A DNA stretch of 63,795 nt, filler included, from Globobulimina sp. (Eukaryota): NCBI GenBank assembly GCA_003354225.1. It is 50 parts of 50 records of this genome, joined end to end, with 100 filler letters (N's around TTAATTAATTAA, not from the genome) between each part and the next. Parts side by side here need not be neighbours in the genome. Positions count along the whole stretch, not along the records: positions 24,293 to 25,470 come from PIVH01021593.1; positions 25,571 to 26,748 come from PIVH01021594.1; positions 26,849 to 28,026 come from PIVH01021595.1; positions 28,127 to 29,304 come from PIVH01021596.1; positions 29,405 to 30,582 come from PIVH01021597.1; positions 30,683 to 31,860 come from PIVH01021598.1; positions 31,961 to 33,138 come from PIVH01021599.1; positions 33,239 to 34,416 come from PIVH01021600.1; 42 more parts are not named here. The stretch is one strand, 5' to 3'. Shown in pieces: positions 25,129 through 36,290 of this stretch (positions are counted from its first letter, which is position 1; every line of letters begins with the position of its first letter). The notes beneath the pieces are model-generated. The model made no database searches. It saw only the letters and a program-made list of their open reading frames with translations, and had not been told where the DNA came from. Both the position numbers and the translations under genes were made by a program.

Positions 25129-25303
25129 GGAGAATGATATGTTTGACTATATTGATGAATCAGAAAGAAAATCTCATATTATAAAGTTAAAGGTTGAAGG
25201 AAGATTATGTCAGTTTTGTGATAATGAAATGGAACCAGAAGAACGAGATGATAATATTTATTGGAAATGTACTTGTGGAAACTTTGAGGAGGTTGTTATT
25301 TAA
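25118..25303 (+). CDS. Small zinc-ribbon phage protein
   Basis: CQFC...CTCG; overlaps the upstream gene. Confidence 0.7.
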   Translation: MPSKENDMFDYIDESERKSHIIKLKVEGRLCQFCDNEMEPEERDDNIYWKCTCGNFEEVVI

Positions 25304-25305
25304 AT

Positions 25306-25470
25306 ATGTGGACAAATGATGATTGGGCATCCACTTCTAATACCACAAACACGTTTGAGCCAGCTTTCGGTAAAAATACGTCATACATAACACCATATGA
25401 TTTTTATTATATAGATGATTATAATTATTATAAACAAATAGATGATGATGAATTTCATGATGAAATATCT
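25306..25470 (+). CDS. Phage-like hypothetical protein, 3'-partial
   Basis: GAGGAGGT Shine-Dalgarno, ATG 2 nt after the previous stop. Confidence 0.6.
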
Positions 25471-25570
25471 NNNNNNNNNNNNNNNNNNNNNNNNNNNNNN
25501 NNNNNNNNNNNNNNTTAATTAATTAANNNNNNNNNNNNNNNNNNNNNNNNNNNNNNNNNNNNNNNNNNNN

Positions 25571-26748
25571 AATAACTGCAAAACAGAAATTGAATGCGAT
25601 TGTTGTTCTTGGTGAAATGCATCCCGTTGTTTATACATAATACCATTTCGTCGTCTGTTGGGTGGAAATAACACTATTTTGGAATGTGGGAAAGAGGAAA
25701 AGAAGGATTTTTTGAATATCCGGATTTTTTGTACGGAGGTAGCTTTAATGATCATTCCGAACCGCCGATTTTTGATACATTTCATAATGGAAACGTGGAT
25801 GAATAAACTTAGGAATTTAAAACAATAAATAAATAAGCACTCCTGTCTGGTCGTTGAATAGTAAGCACAGGTTGCACTCAACGGACCCATCGTTTGAAAA
25901 ATAAAAAAGAAACGAAGTACTTAAAAGGTTGAAGTTTTTGATGTCAAACTAGTTGAACATTGAAAACATTCAATCCGAAAAAGTTAAAACAGTTTATGAG
26001 GACTGATCAAACAAAGTGCAAAAAATGCACTATGGGACTCATAAACAAAAATACAGTTCAATCCGAACACACACTCAAATAAAGCATAAAGAAATGAGAT
26101 AAAAGAGTGGAAAAAGATGAATAACAATATATAACATCATGCATAAATTAAATTTATAAAACATTCTATTTTTCATTCTATCCATTGCTGAACAAAATAT
26201 ACAACGTCTTCCCTGTTGTACGTACCAGGACCTTCGCCCCAACCGCTACCAAAATTATTTACATCGGTTTTCCGACCGTTATAATCTCGTTTTAATATAA
26301 ATAAATGACAAAGCCATATGGCAAGAATGAATGCAATCTGATAATAATATAAAACACTATTTGGAGATATCAAGTCCAATCCCAGCCAAAATTGATACTG
26401 GTGTTCAAGCGACAAATATAATACATTTGCAATCCATGCAATAAGTGTCAGATTTGTTTTAATGGGAAATATCATCATAAATTTCCACAGAATCTGGTAA
26501 TGAATATTTTCAAATATCTGGTAATATCTAAAAGTTGAACATCTAAAAAATAAAAAATAGATCTGTAAGAACTGTATAATACCAAAAATAATAATAAATA
26601 ATCCTCGAGGTGACGGCGTTTGCTTCGACAATAACTGCAAAACAGAAATTGAATGCGATTGTTGTTCTTGGTGAAATGCATCCCGTTGTTTATACATAAT
26701 ACCATTTCGTCGTCTGTTGGGTGGAAATAACACTATTTTGGAATGTGG
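25571..26748. repeat. Terminally redundant contig: exact 119-bp direct repeat, 1059-bp circular or tandem unit
   Basis: 25571-25689 is identical to 26630-26748. Confidence 0.92.
26173..26748 (-). CDS. 258-aa membrane protein spanning the junction (25890>25690 then 26748>26173)
   Basis: The two track ORFs are in the same frame through the repeat (777 nt joined); several hydrophobic segments. Confidence 0.6.
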   Translation of the reverse strand, partial: PHSKIVLFPPNRRRNGIMYKQRDAFHQEQQSHSISVLQLLSKQTPSPRGLFIIIFGIIQFLQIYFLFFRCSTFRYYQIFENIHYQILWKFMMIFPIKTNLTLIAWIANVLYLSLEHQYQFWLGLDLISPNSVLYYYQIAFILAIWLCHLFILKRDYNGRKTDVNNFGSGWGEGPGTYNREDVVYFVQQWIE

Positions 26749-28126
26749 NNNNNNNNNNNNNNNNNNNNNNNNNNNNNNNNNNNNNNNNNNNNTTAATTAA
26801 TTAANNNNNNNNNNNNNNNNNNNNNNNNNNNNNNNNNNNNNNNNNNNNCATATCTCATTTGTGGATGCGCTTTGCATAAGCTACATCTGCAAAAAATCCA
26901 TATTTTTACATCACAAAAAAGTGAAACCCACAGATAACATGAATGTCGCACATTCCCACACAACATATACAAATGATATATGAACACATGTACATCAAAC
27001 AATCCGTACGTTCATCATATGTTGCTAGGTTATCATGGAATACGGATAAAAAAGGCAAAAAAAACATTTTTAGCGAAAGCGCAGCAGTTTCAAATTCAAC
27101 TTAAACGTATACAAATATATATATGTACATACAAAAACAGAGTTACAATGTCTGAATGTGATTTAGACGAGAGTTCCTACAAAATAGACAGGTCAAAGCC
27201 ATCTTTACTCCTTCAAATCGTACTCTCACAAACACACAATATAACGGCCCACCACTTGAATGCGCCAAGGGTTCCTTTACTTATTTTTATATTTATTATC
27301 CTTTGCACGTCGGGATAATAAATAATAAATTAGAAAAACAAAAGTAAATTCTGAAATAAAAAAAAACTTTGAAGTATCACTCAAAAAAACTTTAGAGTAA
27401 AACACATAGAAACAAACCTTTTAAACACACATTCATCCAAAACATTTCCAAATCTCTCTCTCATAATCTCATATAACCATACAAATCTCCCAATAATAAT
27501 CATACAAAATCTCCCAATAATAACACTCATTTTCATCCAAAAATTACCTAATCTTATCTCTCATAATTAATGTTTGCTGAACAGATTAGCCAAAATATGT
27601 GGCGAGAGCATTTTTAATTCCAAAGATGGACTGATGGTTATTACTGTGATAATGAACCAATTCGTGGTGTAATTAATGGCAAATACCATCGGGTTTGATT
27701 ATGATAGCAAGACACAGTCACAACCAAATAATCAATAAATATCAAAAAAAAACCGAAACTCGCAGAACAGAAAATGAGCAACAAGTCCGACAGGTTGGGG
27801 ACAGTTTTTTTGTTAGAACAATCTTACGCAGCTACTTACTATTGTAAAGACATTCAGTGTTAAATTCCGAAATTCAGATTCAAATTTTAAATGTAGATGA
27901 TCAAATTCAAAATTCCGAACCAAAACAGTTAAACATAGAAAATTTAGTTCAAAATTCCGCAATTAATTAAACACATTTTTCCGCTCTCTCTCTCAATCCT
28001 CTCTCTGAAATCAAGCAACCAATCAANNNNNNNNNNNNNNNNNNNNNNNNNNNNNNNNNNNNNNNNNNNNTTAATTAATTAANNNNNNNNNNNNNNNNNN
28101 NNNNNNNNNNNNNNNNNNNNNNNNNN

Positions 28127-29282
28127 CGGACAGCGTCTGCAGTTCACCGACCAATACCATAAGCAATGTAGCGTTTATCGTTTTAAGCGGAGGAGAGAAC
28201 TTTAATAATCAGACTGCAGGTACAGAGGATATATCATCTGTAACAGAGATAAATGTTTATGCGCCGGATGTGGACATTGATAATTATACTGCGGACGTGA
28301 ACAGATCAGACGCATATGATGACCTGAGCGGTCTCATTGTCCATTCCCGCCGTCCTCTTATTTCTCTTTCCTTTGTAGATGTCATTGGCCAATCCGTCCC
28401 ATAAGCTGAGGAACAACGCTTTGTTGTAAATGTCGGCGGAATGGTCGCTGCGCGAACGCTGCGAAAACAGCGCATCAATCTCGTCGATCCATATGATACT
28501 CGGTGCCATCTTCCGTGCTAAACTGAATAAGGCAGAGATGTATTTCTGTGAATCGCCGTACCATTTCGACATCAAACGGCTCATATCCACGTCTGCAGTG
28601 TCACGAAATTTATGGAAATTTAGCGCAGGTTATCCTTGCACAGCGTATATAGCGCCTAACTGAAGAAGGTAGCGTTGGTTTCGCGAGCAATGGCTTTGGC
28701 CATCATAGATTTCCCAGTTCCTGGCGGTCCGTGGAACAGCACACCTAATGGCGGTGCGCAAAGACGCGAGGAACCGGTCAATTGAGGGTAGATTAAGGGG
28801 ACTAGCACAGTTTCGGTCAGATCGCGTTTGATGTGCTCTAAGCCGCCGATGTCGGAGAATTTGACGTCGATGGAAGCGGGCAATACGATGAGGTCTAACA
28901 AGGAGTCTTCGTACGTGTTGGTGTTGAATGAGGTGATTTTGCGACCGGATTTCTTCATTTTTTTGAGTAAGACACGTTTGCAATGTTCTGCAATGTCTTT
29001 GCGGTTCTGCTCAGGGTCGGTTTGCTGGGCGATTAGGGATTTGAACATATAGCCCAAGGCCGCTAAGGAGCCGCCGATTAATAGAAACTCGGAGATTATG
29101 GACCACCAATCTTTGGAATGTGTGATGACTAATTGCTGAGCGGCGTTGGGGATGGCGGACGATGCGTTTTTGTGAGAGGAGCGCAGGTTTAAGTGCGGAG
29201 GGCGACTGTTTGTGGTTGATGTTGCTGTTGAAAATAAAGAATCGATTGGTACATTGGTTTGAGATGAATTAAAGTGTGCCAT
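28127..29282 (-). CDS. ATAD1: ATAD1/Msp1-type membrane-anchored AAA+ ATPase, intron-containing, 3'-partial
   Basis: N-terminal TM, FSDIGGL, GPPGTGKS, SKWYGDSQK, IIWIDEID, FLSLWDGL. Confidence 0.88.
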
Positions 29283-29544
29283 GATAATGTTGCAGAGGTT
29301 TTGANNNNNNNNNNNNNNNNNNNNNNNNNNNNNNNNNNNNNNNNNNNNTTAATTAATTAANNNNNNNNNNNNNNNNNNNNNNNNNNNNNNNNNNNNNNNN
29401 NNNNTAATGATTTCCAGGGGTTTCTGAGCGTTACCGCTCCCATAGGTTGCAAGAGAATATAATTTATATCATATCATATGAGACTGCAACTAAATCAAAA
29501 TTAATGCAGAAATAATTTATACATTTATACATTTATTATTAATC

Positions 29545-30582
29545 TCACAAAAACATTTGTGCGTCTGGCGAATTGCCCAACACTTTGATTGTCTTTTTTT
29601 TCATCTCTTTCCAATATTTTGTCATATTTTCTCTGCTCAATCCATGATACTGAAACACAAAAACAAAGCATGTTATTTAAAAAAAAACAAAAAACGAAAC
29701 GCACGTAACTTGTAATTGAAACTCCGATATGTAACGAGGTACAACATCAAACCATGCCCATTCACCATAAAACATATTCAGATGCTTATAATAATCAGGA
29801 TAAGCATACATTTGTCTGGGTGCTTTCATACCATTTGATCCATCATAACTGATCGGAATTTTATCCATTCCATTGGTCATTGCCAAGTCCATTCCTCCCG
29901 CCCCATCCGTACCAAACCCGTAATCAAAAAAACAATTCCCAGCCAATTCCAAGCTTTCTGAATATTTATACTCATCAAATTCCATCGTAAATTCTTGATT
30001 AACAAAACAAAATTTATGCTGCGGGTCTGGATAACCATATTTTTGGTGATGCAATTCGTAGAAAGTACCCACATCGACAATATGATGATGGTTCCCTGCT
30101 TCTGAGTCAGTAAACAAATTCCAGCGTTTCAGAAACTCATTAATTGCCTGTTTTGCTTTGTTTTCAGGAGTCATAAATCCAATGTCAATGTCTCTGCCAT
30201 CCCAAGGCATATGTTGTCCGTTCCTGACTGCAAAGAGTAATGAACCCCATCTCAATGAATATTGCACATCATATTTGGTGAGATATTCGTCCAATTTATG
30301 CCAGACATCAAACATTATCTTAGTGCAACATGGAATTGCTCTCGGTTCGCCCATACAATATTTCTTATTCATGCTACAGCCATAAGCTCGAGTTACGGTC
30401 TTTGCAGGATCTTTATTTGCATTTTTCCGCCAGTCAGACTCATAAATTGGCGGATTTAACAATTGACCATATTTAGAAATGAATGTGTAGCCATTCTCCC
30501 CACAGCTTGGAGGTAAGATAACTGCCTCTTTGTCTGTGCTCTTTGAATAATTATGTTTCTTCATTTCCAAATGGTTGTGGTG
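29545..30582 (-). CDS. LicD/fukutin-family phosphotransferase, 5'-partial, one intron near the 3' end
   Basis: YSLRWGSLLFAVRNGQHMPWDGRDIDIG. Confidence 0.85.
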
Positions 30583-30697
30583 NNNNNNNNNNNNNNNNNN
30601 NNNNNNNNNNNNNNNNNNNNNNNNNNTTAATTAATTAANNNNNNNNNNNNNNNNNNNNNNNNNNNNNNNNNNNNNNNNNNNNGACAGTAGACATTTC

Positions 30698-30871
30698 TCA
30701 AGGAGTGACGTAACAAAACTTTACTTCCTCTTCTAGGAGACCAGTTTTGAGTCGACAACGCCTGGGACACTGGATAGTACAATCGATCAATAGATAGCCA
30801 TAGGGATTGGCGTTATGGCATAATTGATCACGTATAGCCATTTCGTAGGCTTCGGCCACATAATACAAATA
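30698..30871 (-). CDS. Polinton packaging ATPase C-terminal fragment
   Basis: EAYEMA...PYGYLLID...RLKTGLL...YVTP matches the DA...PYGYLLID...RLRT...Y-x-P terminus. Confidence 0.7.
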   Translation of the reverse strand, partial: YLYYVAEAYEMAIRDQLCHNANPYGYLLIDCTIQCPRRCRLKTGLLEEEVKFCYVTP

Positions 30872-30958
30872 CAATTGATCAATGGACAGACAAATACAAA
30901 AATTATTTTTAGTGACTTCTAATTTTTCCAAAATTTGTGCTATTTGACAGCAATCCAT
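30872..30958 (-). CDS. Polinton adenain-like cysteine protease N-terminal fragment
   Basis: MDCCQIAQILEKLEVTKNNFCICLSIDQL; ATG overlaps the capsid stop (TGATG). Confidence 0.6.
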
Positions 30959-31860
30959 CACATAAAGTCCGTGGTCACCTCGGCGTTGGAACGGACATAG
31001 ACATTGGCGTCGGACTCCTGCAAAACAATAATAATATACTACTTTACGCGCCATAACAAATAGGCGCCCACGTACCAGTATAAAAATAAAAGACGTAGCC
31101 TCGTCCAAATTTTGTTGAAAGTCCATGTGAACTTGCAGGTCGGACACTCGAGGCGTTTCACCGATTTCCGATTCTCCGGCTAGATGACTGCGACTCAGAT
31201 CGAATGTGATCACTCCGAATCCGTCCAGGTATTGCCCCGCGTTTATTCCATTGGAATTCCCCGGTTTGGTACTACCGGTTGTGTGGAGCATCGCCATATA
31301 CATTTCAACCAGATCCTTAGCCGCTCGGTGGTATTTATACGGTACGGATGGGAACGATTCCGATCCGCTTACCAGCTTGATCTGACCGCGGTCGGGCCAT
31401 TGTATAAACCAAGGGCTAAAAACGAATACATATAATCATTTTAAACAATGTTAAATGCTTGCTTTAGAGTATAGTCTCCGAGACGTCTTTTCGTGGTGAG
31501 AATGAACAAGTAAACAGTTTTCGGCAACATTCTGTCGGTAAACAATGTCTCCCTGACTACGCTGGTGCCACCCACTCGACTGAACTCTATCATTTGGTGA
31601 TACTTGCAAGGGTAGACGGCTGGGGCGAATCTCAATCCATTAATAATGTCCATATGAAGGAGTGGGGTTAATTTATACTTTCGAACCAAGAGCTTGATAC
31701 TCACTAAAAATATATCGATAACGATGAGAAGGACAACAGATATACTTACAAATTTCGATTTTCAACTTGATATCTATCGCCTCCTCCACTTCCTGGATAG
31801 TTTCTTTGGCCGCTTCTGTCGCGGTCGCCGCTTTAGTCACCTTCTTTTTGACCATTACCG
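30958..31860 (-). CDS. Polinton/Maverick (adintovirus-like) major capsid protein, 5'-partial; introns 31704-31749, 31416-31462 (GC-AG), 31018-31075
   Basis: Spliced product LLVRKYKL..AVYP..LPKTVY..GDYTLNPW..GINAGQYLDGFGVITFDLS..ESDANVYV..VTTDF follows the Polinton MCP C-terminal pattern. Confidence 0.85.
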
Positions 31861-31960
31861 NNNNNNNNNNNNNNNNNNNNNNNNNNNNNNNNNNNNNNNN
31901 NNNNTTAATTAATTAANNNNNNNNNNNNNNNNNNNNNNNNNNNNNNNNNNNNNNNNNNNN

Positions 31961-32428
31961 TCTAATGGAATCGTGAAATATTATTGTCACGTTTGTGAAG
32001 TGTGGCAGTCGGTGGATAATTTCTACCAAAGTAAGATGTGTATTTGCAAAGAGTGTTATACAATGAAGTACAAAGATACGTTACGAGGATATTTAAGCGT
32101 CTTAAAAGGAAGTGCTAAAGGTAATTCCAAATTGAAAATCTGTACAAATGGAAGTCGTACGTTATTTGATTTGAGTTTTGATGATATTGTGGATATCCTA
32201 CAAAAGCAAAATTATCGGTGTTATTATTCTGGCATTCCAATGGTATTCAAAACTAACCAAAATTGGAGGTGTTCATTGGAAAGATTAGATAATATGATTG
32301 GATACACAAAGGAAAATTGTGTGTTGATATGCTTTGAATTCAATTCATTTGACAGGACTGTAAATTCTATGAACAAAGCTACTGGTTCAGCTCAATGGAA
32401 TAAAAGAAAAATTTCAATATTTTTATAG
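31961..32428 (+). CDS. HNH/His-Me-finger endonuclease-like protein, 5'-partial
   Basis: CHVC..CKEC, QNYRCYYSGIPM, SLERLDNMIGYTKENCVLIC. Confidence 0.7.
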   Translation, partial: SNGIVKYYCHVCEVWQSVDNFYQSKMCICKECYTMKYKDTLRGYLSVLKGSAKGNSKLKICTNGSRTLFDLSFDDIVDILQKQNYRCYYSGIPMVFKTNQNWRCSLERLDNMIGYTKENCVLICFEFNSFDRTVNSMNKATGSAQWNKRKISIFL

Positions 32429-32561
32429 AACAAAATTTGGTTATGATGCTCCACTGTACATACACAATTCTGACATAACGCATTAGATAACTCTATAAAA
32501 ACCCGACAACTAAAAATCCAGTTTTGATTATCTCCGCACAAATTAAGCACTTCTGTATTAC

Positions 32562-33138
32562 ATGGCAGCTCGACAGCAACAGGTACTGCTCGTACATGGC
32601 TACATTAGAAAATGTATTAGATTGAAAGACGTATCAACTAAGCTAACAACCATATATGAGACAATAATTAAATACAGCGAACGGGTATAAAAATATATAT
32701 TACACAATAATTATATTTTGTATTTATTTGTTTACCTTCATTTACCAAAAGAAACATATAACAATCGGTTTATTTGGTTCATTCAGGACAGGCAAATCAA
32801 CCTTAGGCGGCCGAATGTGCTATGAATTTAATCGTCGAAATCATACAGATATCGATTCTGTTAATAATAACATGGAACGTGTTACAACACCAAGAGATGA
32901 GAAATGGTCGAGTTATTTCGATGAAGACGAAGAGGAACAGTTACGAATGATGACAATTCATGGAAACATGAAGGAAATCTATACATTCTCATATATCATA
33001 TCATTAATCGACACACCTGGCTATAAACAATACATCAAAAACTTTTTACGTTATATATCACAGTCTGATGTTGTAATTTTAGTATTTTCTGCAACTGATT
33101 TAATCGAAAAATATCAAACCAATATCAGATGTGTTTTT
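32562..33138 (+). CDS. Divergent eEF1A-like translational GTPase with an added N-terminal exon; intron 32685-32751; 3'-partial
   Basis: GSFRTGKST, EEQLRMMTI, LIDTPGYKQYIKN, SQSDVVILV. Confidence 0.8.
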
Positions 33139-33238
33139 NNNNNNNNNNNNNNNNNNNNNNNNNNNNNNNNNNNNNNNNNNNNTTAATTAATTAANNNNNN
33201 NNNNNNNNNNNNNNNNNNNNNNNNNNNNNNNNNNNNNN

Positions 33239-34416
33239 ATCTCGAAATGCAGATACAAATCTCGACTCATGTTGATGACACCACGAATTTAGACGATGGT
33301 GATATTGATCAAAACGTCGTCACTGATCCATTTATGTGGTTGAGTGCATGGATAATATACTTCCCAATGGTGGTCAGATCAACGATGAAAAAAGGTGAAA
33401 TAGTAAAATGCAATCAAATATTTATCATATTATATCTTATAATTACCATTACAGTAACAATTGGCGAGTGTTTATGGTACAGCATCCCTCCATATATTGA
33501 TGATTGGGCAGACAATAAATTATTTGCGTTGGTGTACTCCGCAGCAACGTTTCTAATTTCCATCGCAAAATTCTTATCAGTTTATTATTTTTGTACACAG
33601 TTCGAATTTCAGACATTATGCAGTGTCAGTTTGGACGGTGCTATTCCGGATGCACAACATACGAATCGTACCACCAAAATGATTAAAAAAGTGAATATTC
33701 GCATGAAAATTATATTGGGTGTGCTTATAACCTGTCTTTTAACTCTTTTATGCATCAAAATTGGTAGAATAGCAACTAATGATTCAGATTGGATCTCTTT
33801 CCTTCGCAGTATTCTTTATTATTGGATGTTTGATGTCCCTCTGTTTGTATCACAGTTGATTTTATCTGTATATTATTGTAAAGGATGCATATTTATCTTG
33901 CATTTGCATGATATGATCAGTAATAATGTCGAGGTTTGTTACTAATATTTAATTCTTGTGTGATGAGAGTAAATATATTGCTTTCAGGAACCTGTTGATT
34001 TTGGAATGATGCATGATGAATATCGCAAATTTAGGTCAAAATTTAAAAAAGGTATTGATTTATTGGAGCTTATGCTGATGTGCAGAATCGGCGCTTTGAT
34101 CGCATGGATATGGATTGATTTGAGCACATTGTTGGATCCAAGCGCTTCTCTGTTGAGTGCAGTACAAACCATTGTTTATTTGGTATTGGATACTTTGCCA
34201 TTTATTGAGTTGATATTTGCGGGCTCTTCAGCAACGACACAATATCATTCATTTAAAAAAAGACTTTATGAGATTCAACAGTTATCATTGCAGTTAATTT
34301 ATTTTATTGGCTATGTAGTGCAGTATCCATTTTTGGTGAAAATATTTGCAAAAGAAGTAAGTGTCAAAAATGCTGCAAAAGTGACTGCTGCATTTATTAT
34401 TGCTAAAATAATATCA
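33239..34416 (+). CDS. Multi-pass membrane protein, possibly gustatory-receptor-like; intron 33934-33987
   Basis: About 7 hydrophobic helices; C-terminal YP..VKIF..EVS..amphipathic helix. Confidence 0.55.
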
Positions 34417-34516
34417 NNNNNNNNNNNNNNNNNNNNNNNNNNNNNNNNNNNNNNNNNNNNTTAATTAATTAANNNNNNNNNNNNNNNNNNNNNNNNNNNN
34501 NNNNNNNNNNNNNNNN

Positions 34517-35694
34517 TCACATTTCTCTTTTAAAATTGGCATTTTCTGTAACGCAAATTTTAAGTCAGGCACATTTTGCGGCAGTAATGACAAATAGCCA
34601 TTGAATCTACACAAAAGAAACGAGAGCCAATCAATGGATTCAGATCTACCAATCTCTAATTTTAATGGTTGTAATACATTGCGAAATAACTGGGAGAAGG
34701 TAACATTAATTATATCTGGTTTATTATTCATAATCAATGCGGTCGATGAAGGTTCAGTGAATAAACTATCATTTTGGATGGATTTTAATTGTAATTCATA
34801 TAATTGATACAATAATTCCTCCGCAGATTTGTAATTTCTATCATTTGAGATTTTATTTACAGCATCAGATAATAATATTTTTTTCCGTTGTTGTGACAAC
34901 TGATCTTTTTGCACAAATTTCGCTATTTCCATTTGATTTGACGTCGTAAATTCTGCAGTCGACGGTATAATGTTATATAACAATTGAATGTCATTCATGG
35001 AAAACATTTTATTGTTACCAAATGAATGCACAGTGACATAATCATTGAAATGATGACTGAACGCATGATATAAATCCATGGAATATGCAAATGGAATATC
35101 ACGACCAAACATTGATTTCCATTCACTTCGAATCTGTGATTCTGTTAACAATGTGGCAGTTTCTTGATTAGTGTCATTTAAATTTGATTTGTACATTCTT
35201 TGTTTCTTGAATATTTCCTGCAATCTGATTAAAATATCATTCTCTGACATGGTGGCAAATTCTGAATGCACCACAAAAAAATCAGGCGGGCCATACGGCA
35301 CTTGAATAAATGTAATGTTTGGATCATATTTTAAAATCCTGGGTAAGCTCCACGCAAATTCAATATAACTATTTTCATGTAAAAAGTCATTGATTTCACT
35401 TAAACGGACACCAAAAAATCTGGAAGCAAATAGTTGTTTGATTTTATGCTGTTGATCCATTTCAGGTAAGCTTGCGGGCGATTTCTTGGTATTGTATGAT
35501 ATTTGTAATAGATAATGTGTTACTGATTGATATGATGGGTTATAAAATAAACCAGTTAAACCAGAGAATTTGTTTTGAAATGTAGCTGCTTTCATTGTTA
35601 AATCGTTATTTGTTTTAACATTACGATACGTTCTGCCATCATCGTCCATTTGTTTCGGTTTCTCATCTGATTCAATGCCATCGTCGGCACTTTT
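34517..35694 (-). CDS. Internal fragment of a hypothetical protein
   Basis: About 380 uninterrupted codons; no recognised motif. Confidence 0.75.
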
Positions 35695-35794
35695 NNNNNN
35701 NNNNNNNNNNNNNNNNNNNNNNNNNNNNNNNNNNNNNNTTAATTAATTAANNNNNNNNNNNNNNNNNNNNNNNNNNNNNNNNNNNNNNNNNNNN

Positions 35795-36290
35795 GCAGTT
35801 TTTCAGTTTCAAGAACATAATGGTCACAGTCCATAATAACAGTCTTTTCTCCTTTATCTGCTTGTCTCTAATGTCATTTCGCAAGTGGCTAATGGCTTGG
35901 TGGTGTTCTGGTAAATTGAAAATTCCAATAACCCAGTTCAGCTTTCATAAGTTTTCGAGACTGATTTTCAGACATTCTTTGGACAGTAGTAGAGGAACTA
36001 CTTACTTATTTGTTATATTCTACAATAAGTTAATGTCTCAGTAAACTGCTGAATGTTTTTGTTATATCAAGTCCGGTACTTAAAGGATCAAAACACGGAC
36101 ACGGAAAAGTGATGACAAGCGGCAGATGTTCTCACTTAGAGGTGACAAACAGATAAGGTAGTCATGTCGCTGCTTGAACAAAAGTTTAAATTTTGATAGT
36201 TCAACAAATAGATCAAAACATCTAAAGTGACTGGAAATAAAGTTTAACAATTTTCAAGCAACCAACTTAAAATTTAGGTCTCGAGCAAGG
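35795..36290 (-). mobile_element. Degenerate Penelope-like retroelement (N-terminal RT region)
   Basis: Frameshifted pieces LNFISS..DLFVELSKF, NLPEHHQAISHLRND and RQADKGEKTVIMDCDHYVLETEKL (ADKG at 35861-35850). Confidence 0.75.

Noticed and set aside
25571-26748. Obelisk or viroid-like circular RNA
   Set aside because: Size and single ORF fit, but the strong A-over-T strand skew argues against a rod-like fold and no Oblin-like motif was recognised.
26849-28026. Short ORFs and an AAATCTCCCAATAATAA duplication
   Set aside because: Low-complexity non-coding DNA with no recognisable product.
30698-31303. 201-aa ORF as a single protein
   Set aside because: It reads through an intron and joins capsid, protease and ATPase pieces.
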